A DNA stretch of 64,000 nucleotides from Dehalococcoidia bacterium (GTDB lineage Bacteria; Chloroflexota; Dehalococcoidia; Lucifugimonadales; JADFKI01), in assembly GCA_965200085.1 (NCBI GenBank), contig OZ241333.1, forward strand, positions 2,403,704 through 2,467,703, given 5' to 3'. Positions 54,179-62,570 of the stretch are shown here, one piece after another (position 1 is the stretch's first letter; each line of letters starts with the position of its first letter). The notes under the pieces were generated by a model, which saw only the letters and a program-made list of their open reading frames with translations, was not told the origin of the DNA and searched no databases. The position numbers were made by a program, and so were the translations under genes.

Positions 54179-55192
54179 TTACTCTTCGGACACCTTAATC
54201 AGAAGTTTGCCGAAGTTCTCGCCACGCATCAAGCCAATGAAGGCTGTCGGGGCGTTCTCGATGCCTTCAACCACATCTTCTTTATACTTCATCTTGCCTT
54301 CCTTAATCCAGCGCGAGATACGCCTACGCCCTTCTTCATAACGGTTGGCAAAATGAAAAACGAGAAAACCTTGCATGCGCGCCTGATGTACATTGAGCAT
54401 GCGTATGTTTCTGGGTCCCATCTCCGGATCGGCTAAGTTATACTGAGAGATTTGGCCGCATATCGATATACGAGCAAAGTCGGCAAGGTTCTCCATCACG
54501 GCATCGGTAACAGGTCCGCCAACATTGTCGAAATATACGTCTATTCCCGAGGGGCAGGCTGATGCGATCGCCTCGGAGATATTTTCGGTCTTGTAGTTTA
54601 TCCCCGCATCAAAGCCTAGTTCATTTACGATGTAGTCAATCTTTTCCTGTGTGCCAGCAGTTCCAACCACATAACAGCCCATGATTTTGGCAATCTGTCC
54701 GACCACCTGCCCGACAGCGCCGGAGGCTGCGGATACCACTACGGTGTCGCCCGGAGTGGGCTGGCAAACATCTAAGAATCCGAAGTATGCAGTCATGCCG
54801 GTCATTCCCAGGATACCTAGTGCAGTCGAAAGAGGACCGAGATTAGGATCAATGCGACGCAGATCCTGTCCGTCGGAAACCGCATACTCCTGCCAGCCAA
54901 GCTGGCCATCGACAAGCTCGCCCACGCTGAACAACGGAGTACGCGACTCGATGATGCGGCCAACTGCGCTGCCTATAATGACTTCGCCAAGCTGCATCGC
55001 CGGCGCAAACGACCCGGTATCCCGCATCCGGCCGCGCATATACGGGTCGAGCGAAAGCCAGATAGATTGAACTAAAACTTCACCTTCGCCAGGCTGCGGG
55101 ATTGGCTCTTCGATGAGTTCAAAGTCGGAAAGTTTAGGGTAGCCTTCTGGCCTGGATTTTAGCGTTATCTTACGATTGGTTTCGCTTGTCAT
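54179..55192 (-). CDS. NADP-dependent alkenal/one oxidoreductase (MDR, LTB4 dehydrogenase/YncB-like)
   Basis: LKSRPEGYPKLSDFELIE, SLDPYMRGRM, VVVSAASGAVGQVVGQIAKIMG, NFGKLLIKV. Confidence 0.85.
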   Translation of the reverse strand: MTSETNRKITLKSRPEGYPKLSDFELIEEPIPQPGEGEVLVQSIWLSLDPYMRGRMRDTGSFAPAMQLGEVIIGSAVGRIIESRTPLFSVGELVDGQLGWQEYAVSDGQDLRRIDPNLGPLSTALGILGMTGMTAYFGFLDVCQPTPGDTVVVSAASGAVGQVVGQIAKIMGCYVVGTAGTQEKIDYIVNELGFDAGINYKTENISEAIASACPSGIDVYFDNVGGPVTDAVMENLADFARISICGQISQYNLADPEMGPRNIRMLNVHQARMQGFLVFHFANRYEEGRRRISRWIKEGKMKYKEDVVEGIENAPTAFIGLMRGENFGKLLIKVSEE

Positions 55193-55258
55193 TGAATTTG
55201 GTCCTCTTAATTCTGATTTGCAATTGTTTAGATGTTTATATGATCAAGTCGCAGCAAT

Positions 55259-56368
55259 CTAGTGGATACATAGCGACCGCTCGACTTTGCGCCTTATCCG
55301 TCTGATCCAGAGTCTTGTAAGAGTATTCGAGCGTCCGAACAGCAGTGATAGCGCAATTATACCATACACAGAACGTCTGGGTATTTTGATGCGAGTTTCA
55401 GGGTCAAGCCAATCCTCACTGCTGGGCAGCAACACAAGGGTTTGCAGACCGATTATCAAAGGCAGGAGTGCGGCAATCCGAAGACGCAGGCTGCGGCGTG
55501 GTATGGCGAGTGTGTACTGCTCAGCAGAGCTGAAATAGGCGAGCGTCCTGCGAACTCCCCAAACCAGAAGAGGGCGCGCTTTCAGCGTATTATGCACATC
55601 CAATAGGTCTTCACTGTGGAGCGAAACTCGGTCGAGTTCACTTTGCGGCAAGTAGCAGCGACCAATTCGCAAATCTTTTGACACATCGCGCAAGATATTA
55701 GTCATCTGGAGAGCCAAGCCAAATCGCACTCCGAGCGCACTCATTTTTCGCTCATCCCAGTGTGCAAGACACGGCGCGTGCTTCATCAACACTGTTGTTA
55801 AGAATTCACCCACACACCCTGCTACAAGATAACAGTACTCCGCCAAATGCTCCGGCGTCTGCAAGGACACAATCTTGTTAGACTTGTCATTAGAGTTCTC
55901 AATCTGAAAAGTAGTCAGATCGAACAGCATGCCGCGAGTAAGCGTCAGAACAACCATGCAAGCACGCTTGGCATCCGATGCGTCCAACCCATTGAACAGA
56001 GCAAAAATCTGAGGCAGAGAGTCTAGCAGTTCGCGCTCGCTATCGACTAATCGCAAGTCCGCAAGAGCGCGGGTAAGTTCATCCACATCCGCAGCAAATG
56101 CGCCGTTGTTCACTACTTGCCTAAACTGACACAGATACGCAATGCGCCGCTCGATGTCTATGGAAGCGCTGTCGGCGATCGTATCGGCTGCGCGCGCAAG
56201 CAGGTAGGATATGCCAACAGGCTCGCGTATTACGGGGGGCAGTATCCGAATCGACAGGTAAAAGGCTCTGGATACGGATTTCAGTAATCCGGTGAGCAGT
56301 CGCCGTCGTATCTCCGGTGATACGGAAGGTGCTTCACTCGATGTTTCTTCGGAAGTGCTCGTGCGCAC
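55259..56368 (-). CDS. Squalene/phytoene synthase-family protein
   Basis: SRAFYLSIRILP and YLLARAADTIAD (first Asp-rich motif). YCYLVAGCVGEF. NILRDVSKDLRIGRCYLP (second motif). The start is GTG. Confidence 0.8.
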   Translation of the reverse strand: MRTSTSEETSSEAPSVSPEIRRRLLTGLLKSVSRAFYLSIRILPPVIREPVGISYLLARAADTIADSASIDIERRIAYLCQFRQVVNNGAFAADVDELTRALADLRLVDSERELLDSLPQIFALFNGLDASDAKRACMVVLTLTRGMLFDLTTFQIENSNDKSNKIVSLQTPEHLAEYCYLVAGCVGEFLTTVLMKHAPCLAHWDERKMSALGVRFGLALQMTNILRDVSKDLRIGRCYLPQSELDRVSLHSEDLLDVHNTLKARPLLVWGVRRTLAYFSSAEQYTLAIPRRSLRLRIAALLPLIIGLQTLVLLPSSEDWLDPETRIKIPRRSVYGIIALSLLFGRSNTLTRLWIRRIRRKVERSLCIH

Positions 56369-56447
56369 GCTGAGGCTGCTCTTTCCTTAATAACAATAAC
56401 CGGCGCTGCTTTCAGTCTGTCTTAATTCGCGACTGCTTCATCGTTGC

Positions 56448-56993
56448 CTACTTGCCGAAACCACGCTTCAAACCGCGAATGAAAGAGACTTGCCCAAGGT
56501 GCTGGTCTTGTTCGCCGATGAGCTGGCGGAATATGCCGCCGAGGCTGCGGCCACTGAAGTATCGAACACTTGCGGGGAACTCCGGGAAAGGCGTTCTGTC
56601 TTCCGGCACAATATCGAAATCGTCGTCGCTCAGACCTCGCAGGTAGGGCAAGGTTTCCTCTCGCACTGCGTCAAAGTATTCACCGAGCTGTTCTTTGGTG
56701 ATTGGCGGAAACGCAGCGACCTGTTCCAGCGTATAGTTCACGCCATGATCAACCTCTGGGATGCCCGTTTTCCCACTCCAACCGTCGCGTATCCAGACCT
56801 CCTGAGCGCCGCGTGCGAATACATTGATAAGCCTGTCCTCCACACGCGCGGCGTGCCAAATTATGAAGACGATTGAATTGGATTCAGAATCGGGCCGCCA
56901 GTGCATCTCCTCTTCTGTCAGTGGCGCAGTCGCTGCATAAACTCGCCTGCGGTAATCTTCTAAGCACTGTTCGACGAATTCGTTGAGTTTCAT
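56448..56993 (-). CDS. DinB-family (four-helix-bundle metal-binding) protein
   Basis: EEMHWRPDSESNSIVFIIWHAARVEDRL and the C-terminal EQDQHLGQVSFIR fit the DinB_2-type His triad pattern. Confidence 0.7.
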   Translation of the reverse strand: MKLNEFVEQCLEDYRRRVYAATAPLTEEEMHWRPDSESNSIVFIIWHAARVEDRLINVFARGAQEVWIRDGWSGKTGIPEVDHGVNYTLEQVAAFPPITKEQLGEYFDAVREETLPYLRGLSDDDFDIVPEDRTPFPEFPASVRYFSGRSLGGIFRQLIGEQDQHLGQVSFIRGLKRGFGK

Positions 56994-57170
56994 ACGGCGC
57001 TACCTTTCGTTCAAGCGGTAGTATTTGCTGTCCGACAACATTATCGCATGCGGTGGGCGTAAATGTTAACAACACCTTATCCGTATCGATGTGGCTATGG
57101 ATTTGACGCTCTGCCGTTTGGCGCATAAACTTTGTGAGCAGATGGAAAGTTCAATTTTGGGAGAAGTTCG

Positions 57171-57581
57171 TTGACAGCCAACCGCGCCCCCATACCGCAG
57201 CCGACGCCGGAGAGCAAGCCATTTTTTGATGCGCTGAAGCAGCACAGGTTGCTCATACAACGTTGTGCAAACTGTAATCACGCATATTACTACCCGCGTC
57301 CATTCTGCCCGGCTTGCTTGTCAAACGATGTGGATTGGGAAGAAGCCAGCGGCAAGGGCAGGCTCTACTCTTTCGTTATCAATCATCGCAGCGCGCCTGG
57401 GTTTGAAGCCCCATACATCATTGCAGTAGTTCAGCTGGACGAGGGACCTCGAATGATGACCAATCTAATAGATGTGGCGCCTGACCCGGATATGGTGAGA
57501 TGCGAAATGCCTGTTGAGATTGTATTCGATGATGTGGATGACGACTTTACGCTGCCGCGTTTTCGTCCCATCGGCAAGTAA
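57171..57581 (+). CDS. Zn-ribbon/OB-fold protein (DUF35), thiolase partner
   Basis: PFFDALKQHRLLIQRCANCNHAYYYPRPFCPACLS...GRLYSFVINH. The start is TTG. A thiolase follows. Confidence 0.85.
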   Translation: MTANRAPIPQPTPESKPFFDALKQHRLLIQRCANCNHAYYYPRPFCPACLSNDVDWEEASGKGRLYSFVINHRSAPGFEAPYIIAVVQLDEGPRMMTNLIDVAPDPDMVRCEMPVEIVFDDVDDDFTLPRFRPIGK

Positions 57582-57607
57582 GGGCATCGACAGAATAAAC
57601 GGAGATT

Positions 57608-58774
57608 ATGTTGAATAAGGCAAGGGAACTTCGAGGAAAAGTTGCCATTGTGGGCGCTTATGAGTCGGACGCTATTGGCGTACTGCCCGACAAGTCTGCG
57701 CTGACGCTGCACGCGGAGGCGGCTCGAAACGCCTTGAATGACGCAGGGCTAAGTATTTCAGATGTGGATGGACTTTTCACAGCAGGCGTTACCAGCGTCC
57801 AGCTGGGCGAGTATCTGGGCATCGTGCCGCGCTATAGCGACGGTACGAATGTGGGAGGCTGCTCGTTTATTATGCATGTGGAGCATGCAATGTTGGCTAT
57901 CAGCGCAGGCATCATCGAAGTCGCTCTGATAACGCATGGCGAGAGTGGCAGGTCCCGTGTCGGCATGGGGAGCGGAGGCATTGCGCCGGACTCGCCCCAA
58001 GGACAGTTCGAGATGCCTTATGGGACGCTTGGACCTACGACTTTGTTCTCCCTGCCCGCCACGCGACATATGTACGAATACGGCACTACACGCGAGCAGA
58101 TGGCAGAAGCGGCGGTGTCCAACCGCAAATGGGCAGCGATGCACCCGATGGCGATGATGAAAGAACCTATCACCATTGAGGATGTAATGAACTCGCGCCC
58201 GATATGCTGGCCTTATACTTTATTCATGTGCTGCCTCGTTACAGACGCGGGAGGCGCGATTGTGCTAACCGGCGCAGACAGGGCTAAGGCGCTTCGCAAG
58301 CCGCCTGTCTATATTCTGGGTACAGGAGAAGCTACAGAGCATAACATGGTCAGCATGATGGCGGATATGACCACATCGAGAGCGGCAAAGGTATCAGGGA
58401 AAGCCGCTTTTGATATGGCGGGCGTTTCGCACTCCGATATAGACGTAGCGGAGCTGTACGATGCATTCGCATTCACGCCGATGCTGGCGCTAGAGGATCT
58501 GGGGTTCGTTAAACCGGGAGAAAGCGGCCCGTTTTTGGAAGGGCAGCGCACCGCTCCGGGCGGAGATTTTCCTATGAACACAAACGGCGGAGGTCTGTCG
58601 TACACACACTCCGGCATGTATGGTATGTTCACACTTATTGAATTGACGCGCCAGCTCAGAGGTGAGGCAGGCTTGCGTCAGGTTAGCAATGCGCAGATAG
58701 GCATCGCACACGGACCCGGTGGCATGTTCGCAGCAGCAAGTACGCTCATTGCGGGCAATGCGGATACGGTATAA
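57608..58774 (+). CDS. Thiolase-like protein (SCP-x/nsLTP-type, DUF35-associated)
   Basis: About 388 aa. Motifs FTAGV, GCSFIM and NTNGGGLSYTHSGMYGM, and the pairing with the upstream DUF35 gene. Confidence 0.85.
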   Translation: MLNKARELRGKVAIVGAYESDAIGVLPDKSALTLHAEAARNALNDAGLSISDVDGLFTAGVTSVQLGEYLGIVPRYSDGTNVGGCSFIMHVEHAMLAISAGIIEVALITHGESGRSRVGMGSGGIAPDSPQGQFEMPYGTLGPTTLFSLPATRHMYEYGTTREQMAEAAVSNRKWAAMHPMAMMKEPITIEDVMNSRPICWPYTLFMCCLVTDAGGAIVLTGADRAKALRKPPVYILGTGEATEHNMVSMMADMTTSRAAKVSGKAAFDMAGVSHSDIDVAELYDAFAFTPMLALEDLGFVKPGESGPFLEGQRTAPGGDFPMNTNGGGLSYTHSGMYGMFTLIELTRQLRGEAGLRQVSNAQIGIAHGPGGMFAAASTLIAGNADTV

Positions 58775-58820
58775 ATAAATACTCTGCGCCATAGAGCTCA
58801 TTTCAAAGCAGAAGACAAAT

Positions 58821-59123
58821 ATGGCAATAGACAAGATTACACTCAGCATAGAGACAGAAAGCGATGCGCGCGCAAGCGAGATTCTCGCCGACCTGCGCAG
58901 CGTGGCGGAGACACTTTTCTATCCGATGAAGCTAGTAGGATTTTGGGACTACAACGCGGACTTACATCTATGCCCGCAGGAGGAACGCAGAGAGCTATGC
59001 CCTCATAAACTGCCCGATTGCCATCCTGAACGCGTCGAATATGTCAGCACATTGCAGCGAGAGCGCAGGGCAAGCATAGAATTGAACTTTTCGCACGCAG
59101 GAATTACGATATTTTTGAGTTGA
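58821..59123 (+). CDS. Hypothetical 100-aa protein with a Cys/His cluster
   Basis: An ORF fills the thiolase to CoA-ligase gap. It contains HLCPQEERRELCPHKLPDCHPE. No family recognised, and coding status is unproven. Confidence 0.35.
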   Translation: MAIDKITLSIETESDARASEILADLRSVAETLFYPMKLVGFWDYNADLHLCPQEERRELCPHKLPDCHPERVEYVSTLQRERRASIELNFSHAGITIFLS

Positions 59124-59204
59124 TACGGTCCTGATTCATATAAATATCCGGTGAATATCCGGCATGAGCCGTATAACCCTGTACAGCCACAGGAGGGTAT
59201 AGCA

Positions 59205-60800
59205 ATGACCACAGTCGCAAACTTCCGTCCATCTTTGGCGCCCTACCCCACTTATCCGCTGCAACATATTCTCGAAGCGACTGCGCGGCGCTTGCCTCAG
59301 AAAGCCGCAATTATCGAAGGAGAGTATGTGTACACCTACCAGCAGCTTAACACATACAGCAGCAGGTTCGCGGCAGCGTTGGCTAAGCTGGGAGTTGAAA
59401 AAGGAGACCGAGTCGGGCTGCTGGCGCCGAACTGCGTAGAATTTGAGATTGCATTCTTCGGCATCATTAAATCAGGCGCAGTGGTTACGACAATCAACTC
59501 CGGCTACCGCGAGCGCGAAATTGCACATCAACTCGAAAACAGCGGCGCAGAGGTGCTGGTAGTGCATCATTCGCTGCTGAAAATTGCAGAATCGGCACGA
59601 GACGGAGCACCCGCTCTAAAGCACCTGATAATAATAGAATCAAGTTCCAGCAATCCTGACACATTCTGGGGACTGATAGAACGAGCGCCCGCTGCACCAC
59701 CGTCGGTGGAAATCGACCCCGAAGATGATCTGGCATCTCTGCCATATTCGAGCGGCACGACTGGACTTTCTAAAGGCGTGATGCTGACGCACTATAATAT
59801 GACCACAAATCTTATCCAGTTTATGAAGAGGCCCAATGAAGCGCTTCAGCAGCGTGAAGATGATGTGCTCCTCGCTCACCTGCCGCTGTTTCACATCTAC
59901 GGCATGCAAGTGCTTATGAACGCGGTGATAGCCTCGGGCGGCACGCAGGTGATGATGGGACGCTTCGACATGGACGAGATGATGCGGCTTATAGCAACGC
60001 ACAAAGTTACTCATTTATACACGGTTCCACCCGTAGGCATAGGGCTTTCACTGCTGCCGGATATAGAGAAGTACGATCTGTCGTCTATGGTGGCGGCATG
60101 CCTTGCTGCGGCGCCGGCATCCGCCGAACTTCAGATGCGTATGCAGAATGTGGTCGGCTTCCCCGTATTCCAGGCTTACGGAATGACCGAGCTGTCTCCG
60201 GTCTCAAATCTGGACTACATCGAGCCGGACAGGATGACACCCGGATCGGTCGGTCCCGCCATTGCGGACACAGAAGAGCGCGTGGTTGACCTTGAAACGG
60301 CGAAGAGAGACTTGCCTGTCGGTGAAGTCGGCGAATTGCTGGTGCGGGGACCGCAGGTGATGAAGGGCTACTATGGCAATGAAGAGGCTACGCGAGAGAC
60401 TATCAACGAGGACGGCTGGCTGCATACCGGCGACATTGTGCGCATGAACGAGGATGGCTGCGTATGGATTCTGGACCGTAAAAAGGAGCTGATTAAGTAC
60501 AAGGGCTTCCAGGTACCGCCTGCGGAATTAGAAGGGCTGCTGCTTGAGCATCCCGCTATCGCGGACGCCGCCGTAATCGGCAAAGCGGATGTCGAGGCAG
60601 GCGAAGTGCCGAAGGCTTTCGTGGTTCGCAGAGGCGGCGTTGAAATCTCTGACGAAGATGTGATGAGTTTCGTGGCAGGAAAAGTAGCCACATTCAAGCG
60701 CGTCCGTGAAGTAGAGTTCATCGACGCAATCCCGAAAAACCCGTCAGGCAAAATACTGCGGCGCATGCTAATTGAGCAAGAGAAAACATCGACAGGATAA
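59205..60800 (+). CDS. AMP-dependent acyl-CoA ligase (4-coumarate-CoA-ligase-like)
   Basis: LPYSSGTTGLSKGV, QAYGMTE, GWLHTGDIVRMNEDGCVWILDRKKELIKYKGFQVPPAELE, SGKILRR. ATG 59205 follows AGGAGGG. Confidence 0.9.
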   Translation: MTTVANFRPSLAPYPTYPLQHILEATARRLPQKAAIIEGEYVYTYQQLNTYSSRFAAALAKLGVEKGDRVGLLAPNCVEFEIAFFGIIKSGAVVTTINSGYREREIAHQLENSGAEVLVVHHSLLKIAESARDGAPALKHLIIIESSSSNPDTFWGLIERAPAAPPSVEIDPEDDLASLPYSSGTTGLSKGVMLTHYNMTTNLIQFMKRPNEALQQREDDVLLAHLPLFHIYGMQVLMNAVIASGGTQVMMGRFDMDEMMRLIATHKVTHLYTVPPVGIGLSLLPDIEKYDLSSMVAACLAAAPASAELQMRMQNVVGFPVFQAYGMTELSPVSNLDYIEPDRMTPGSVGPAIADTEERVVDLETAKRDLPVGEVGELLVRGPQVMKGYYGNEEATRETINEDGWLHTGDIVRMNEDGCVWILDRKKELIKYKGFQVPPAELEGLLLEHPAIADAAVIGKADVEAGEVPKAFVVRRGGVEISDEDVMSFVAGKVATFKRVREVEFIDAIPKNPSGKILRRMLIEQEKTSTG

Positions 60801-60883
60801 TCCGAGCGCTTTGCATTGTGGCAGTAATAAAGGCTATCATATGGATAGGTCATACATGCCAATCGAGGTCAGATAAGAGCAGT

Positions 60884-61156
60884 ATGACGAAAGTGACTAA
60901 TGACAAAAATCTTTGCGAGGTGAATACATTGGCAGACAAAGTTCTTGTTTATTCGACTATCGGATGCGGATACACTGACATAGTAAAGGCGGAGCTTGAG
61001 AAGGCGGGAACACCCTACGAAGAGGTCAACCTCTCCCTGCATCCTAATAGATGGCCTGAGATACTTCCGCATACAGACGGAATTCGGCTGACTCCGGTCG
61101 TCATTGACGGCGATGAGGTTACCGTAGGTGTGAATGGAATTGGATGCGTGTCGTAA
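60884..61156 (+). CDS. Glutaredoxin-like protein ending in Cys-x-x-stop (Uxx-star-like, Cys form)
   Basis: KVLVYSTIGCGYTDIVKAELEKAGTPYEEVNL...TPVVIDGDEVTVGVNGIGCVS*. The start is uncertain: ATG 60884 or later. Confidence 0.6.
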   Translation: MTKVTNDKNLCEVNTLADKVLVYSTIGCGYTDIVKAELEKAGTPYEEVNLSLHPNRWPEILPHTDGIRLTPVVIDGDEVTVGVNGIGCVS

Positions 61157-61202
61157 AGAACATCTTCATCTCACATAAGCGTCAACCGAACGGAGGTCAA
61201 AC

Positions 61203-61439
61203 TTGGCGGACTCCAACATAGTCATATACACGCATCCCACCTGTGAAATCTGCGTTACAGTCAAGATGGAACTCGACGAACAAGGCAAGGTGTACGAGGA
61301 AATTGACCTTGCCGAACATCCCGAGAAGTGGTCTGAGCTGGAAGCGCTCACCGACGGAGACAGGATAACGCCCGTTACAGTGGAAAATGGAGAGGTTACG
61401 ATAGGCTACCACGGCATAGGCTGCATGTTTTACGACTGA
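61203..61439 (+). CDS. Glutaredoxin-like protein with CxxC (paralog of the upstream gene)
   Basis: The TTG start lies 6 nt after GGAGG. IVIYTHPTCEICVTVKMELDEQGKVYEEIDL...TPVTVENGEVTIGYHGIGCMFYD*. Confidence 0.7.
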   Translation: MADSNIVIYTHPTCEICVTVKMELDEQGKVYEEIDLAEHPEKWSELEALTDGDRITPVTVENGEVTIGYHGIGCMFYD

Positions 61440-61455
61440 CCGCAGCAGCGTCTGC

Positions 61456-61486
61456 CCTACGATGTCTGCTGCCTAGACATCGTAGG
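61456..61486. terminator. 12-bp-stem hairpin between convergent genes
   Basis: CCTACGATGTCT (61456-61467), loop GCTGCCT, AGACATCGTAGG (61475-61486). The right arm overlaps the stop of the minus-strand gene. Confidence 0.5.
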
Positions 61487-62114
61487 CACGCATCAGGCAG
61501 ACCCAGCTCTTCAGTGTCATCTCCACTCGGCGACGGCGCAGGGCGTCCTCGTTATCCCAGAGCGCTCTGCCCACTCCCGCGGGCGGCGCACCCTCATAGC
61601 GTGTCTGTTCCCAATGAGATGGACTGTGGTAGCCCGTTACGAGCACAATCTCCTGTGGGTTTGTCGAATATGCCGTCGTCCAAAGCCCCAATATGCAAGC
61701 TCCCATCGCCTCAATCCTAGGCCAGATGCCGTTTTCGGAGCAGTGTACAAACTCATCGATGTCTCTCGGATCAATGAAAAAGCGCCGGAAGCCATAAACA
61801 GGCCGTCTGTCTTCAGGCAAAATGACGGTCTTGGGACGCGATGAGATTGCTCTGAGCAGACGTACCTCTTCAGTTTGGTGCGGTTCGGGAAACGTTGCGC
61901 TGCCGGAAGTCTGGGCTTCCTGCCAAGCGTCAATCGACTGCCACGAGGTTATCTGCACCAGTTCATTGTTCGGATTGCCAATAAGCCCTCCCAGCAGGCA
62001 TACGACTTCTCCGCCGGACGCCCGAGTCCTGTCCCAAAGTTGAGCGCGACGGACTGCGAGATACTCTTCCAGATGTTCGGGATTAACAAGTGTGCGGCGT
62101 TCCTCGAATATCAT
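61473..62114 (-). CDS. NIPSNAP-like / dimeric alpha+beta-barrel tandem-domain protein
   Basis: 213 aa with two similar halves (LVQITSWQSIDAWQEAQ and IVLVTGYHSPSHWEQTR). Tentative family call. Confidence 0.45.
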   Translation of the reverse strand: MIFEERRTLVNPEHLEEYLAVRRAQLWDRTRASGGEVVCLLGGLIGNPNNELVQITSWQSIDAWQEAQTSGSATFPEPHQTEEVRLLRAISSRPKTVILPEDRRPVYGFRRFFIDPRDIDEFVHCSENGIWPRIEAMGACILGLWTTAYSTNPQEIVLVTGYHSPSHWEQTRYEGAPPAGVGRALWDNEDALRRRRVEMTLKSWVCLMRAYDV

Positions 62115-62258
62115 TGCTCCACCTGATTGGAAGAAAAACTATCCGCGTCTATATATGAGTAGGCGAGCCATTCATTACACACCTCCCACACTTGGCTTTT
62201 CCGATACTACATCACATCTTAATTCACACAATATAGTATGGAATACTAAGCTGCGCTG

Positions 62259-62444
62259 CTACGCGTCTGATGCTAGTTTACCGCTCTCTGCCCAATTGTC
62301 TTTCGATACATCCTCGAACACTATGATTGTCGCTTCCGGCGGTGCGCCGGCGATGTCCGACATTGCGTCCGTAATCGCTTTTGCCAGCTTAGCTTTCTGT
62401 TCGTGTGTCCTGCCCGGCCACATCTCGACCCGTACTATCGGCAT
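62259..62444 (-). CDS. 4-oxalocrotonate tautomerase-family enzyme
   Basis: 61 aa: MPIVRVEMWPGRTHEQKAKLAKAITDAMSDIAGAPPEATIIVFEDV. Canonical Pro1 and length. Confidence 0.9.
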   Translation of the reverse strand: MPIVRVEMWPGRTHEQKAKLAKAITDAMSDIAGAPPEATIIVFEDVSKDNWAESGKLASDA

Positions 62445-62470
62445 TTTTTCGTCCTTTCTGCTAAACTTTT

Positions 62471-62493
62471 ATATGAGACCGTCTGTCTCATAT
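62471..62493. promoter_or_regulatory. Perfect 9-bp-arm palindrome upstream of the 4-OT gene
   Basis: ATATGAGAC-CGTCT-GTCTCATAT, 27-49 nt upstream of start 62444, in an AT-rich gap after the coaBC stop. Confidence 0.35.
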
Positions 62494-62570
62494 TATCATT
62501 CTCAAATACCTTGTCGTCTTTGCTATATTTAATAATATAATATAAGTTCCCGGCAGCGCGGCTGTTGCAT

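Noticed and set aside
60884-61439. Possible selenocysteine recoding in the glutaredoxin-like pair.
   Set aside because: The conserved C-terminal position is TGC (Cys) in both genes. They end in TAA and TGA with no open frame or conserved residues beyond. I identified no in-frame TGA or SECIS-like hairpin.
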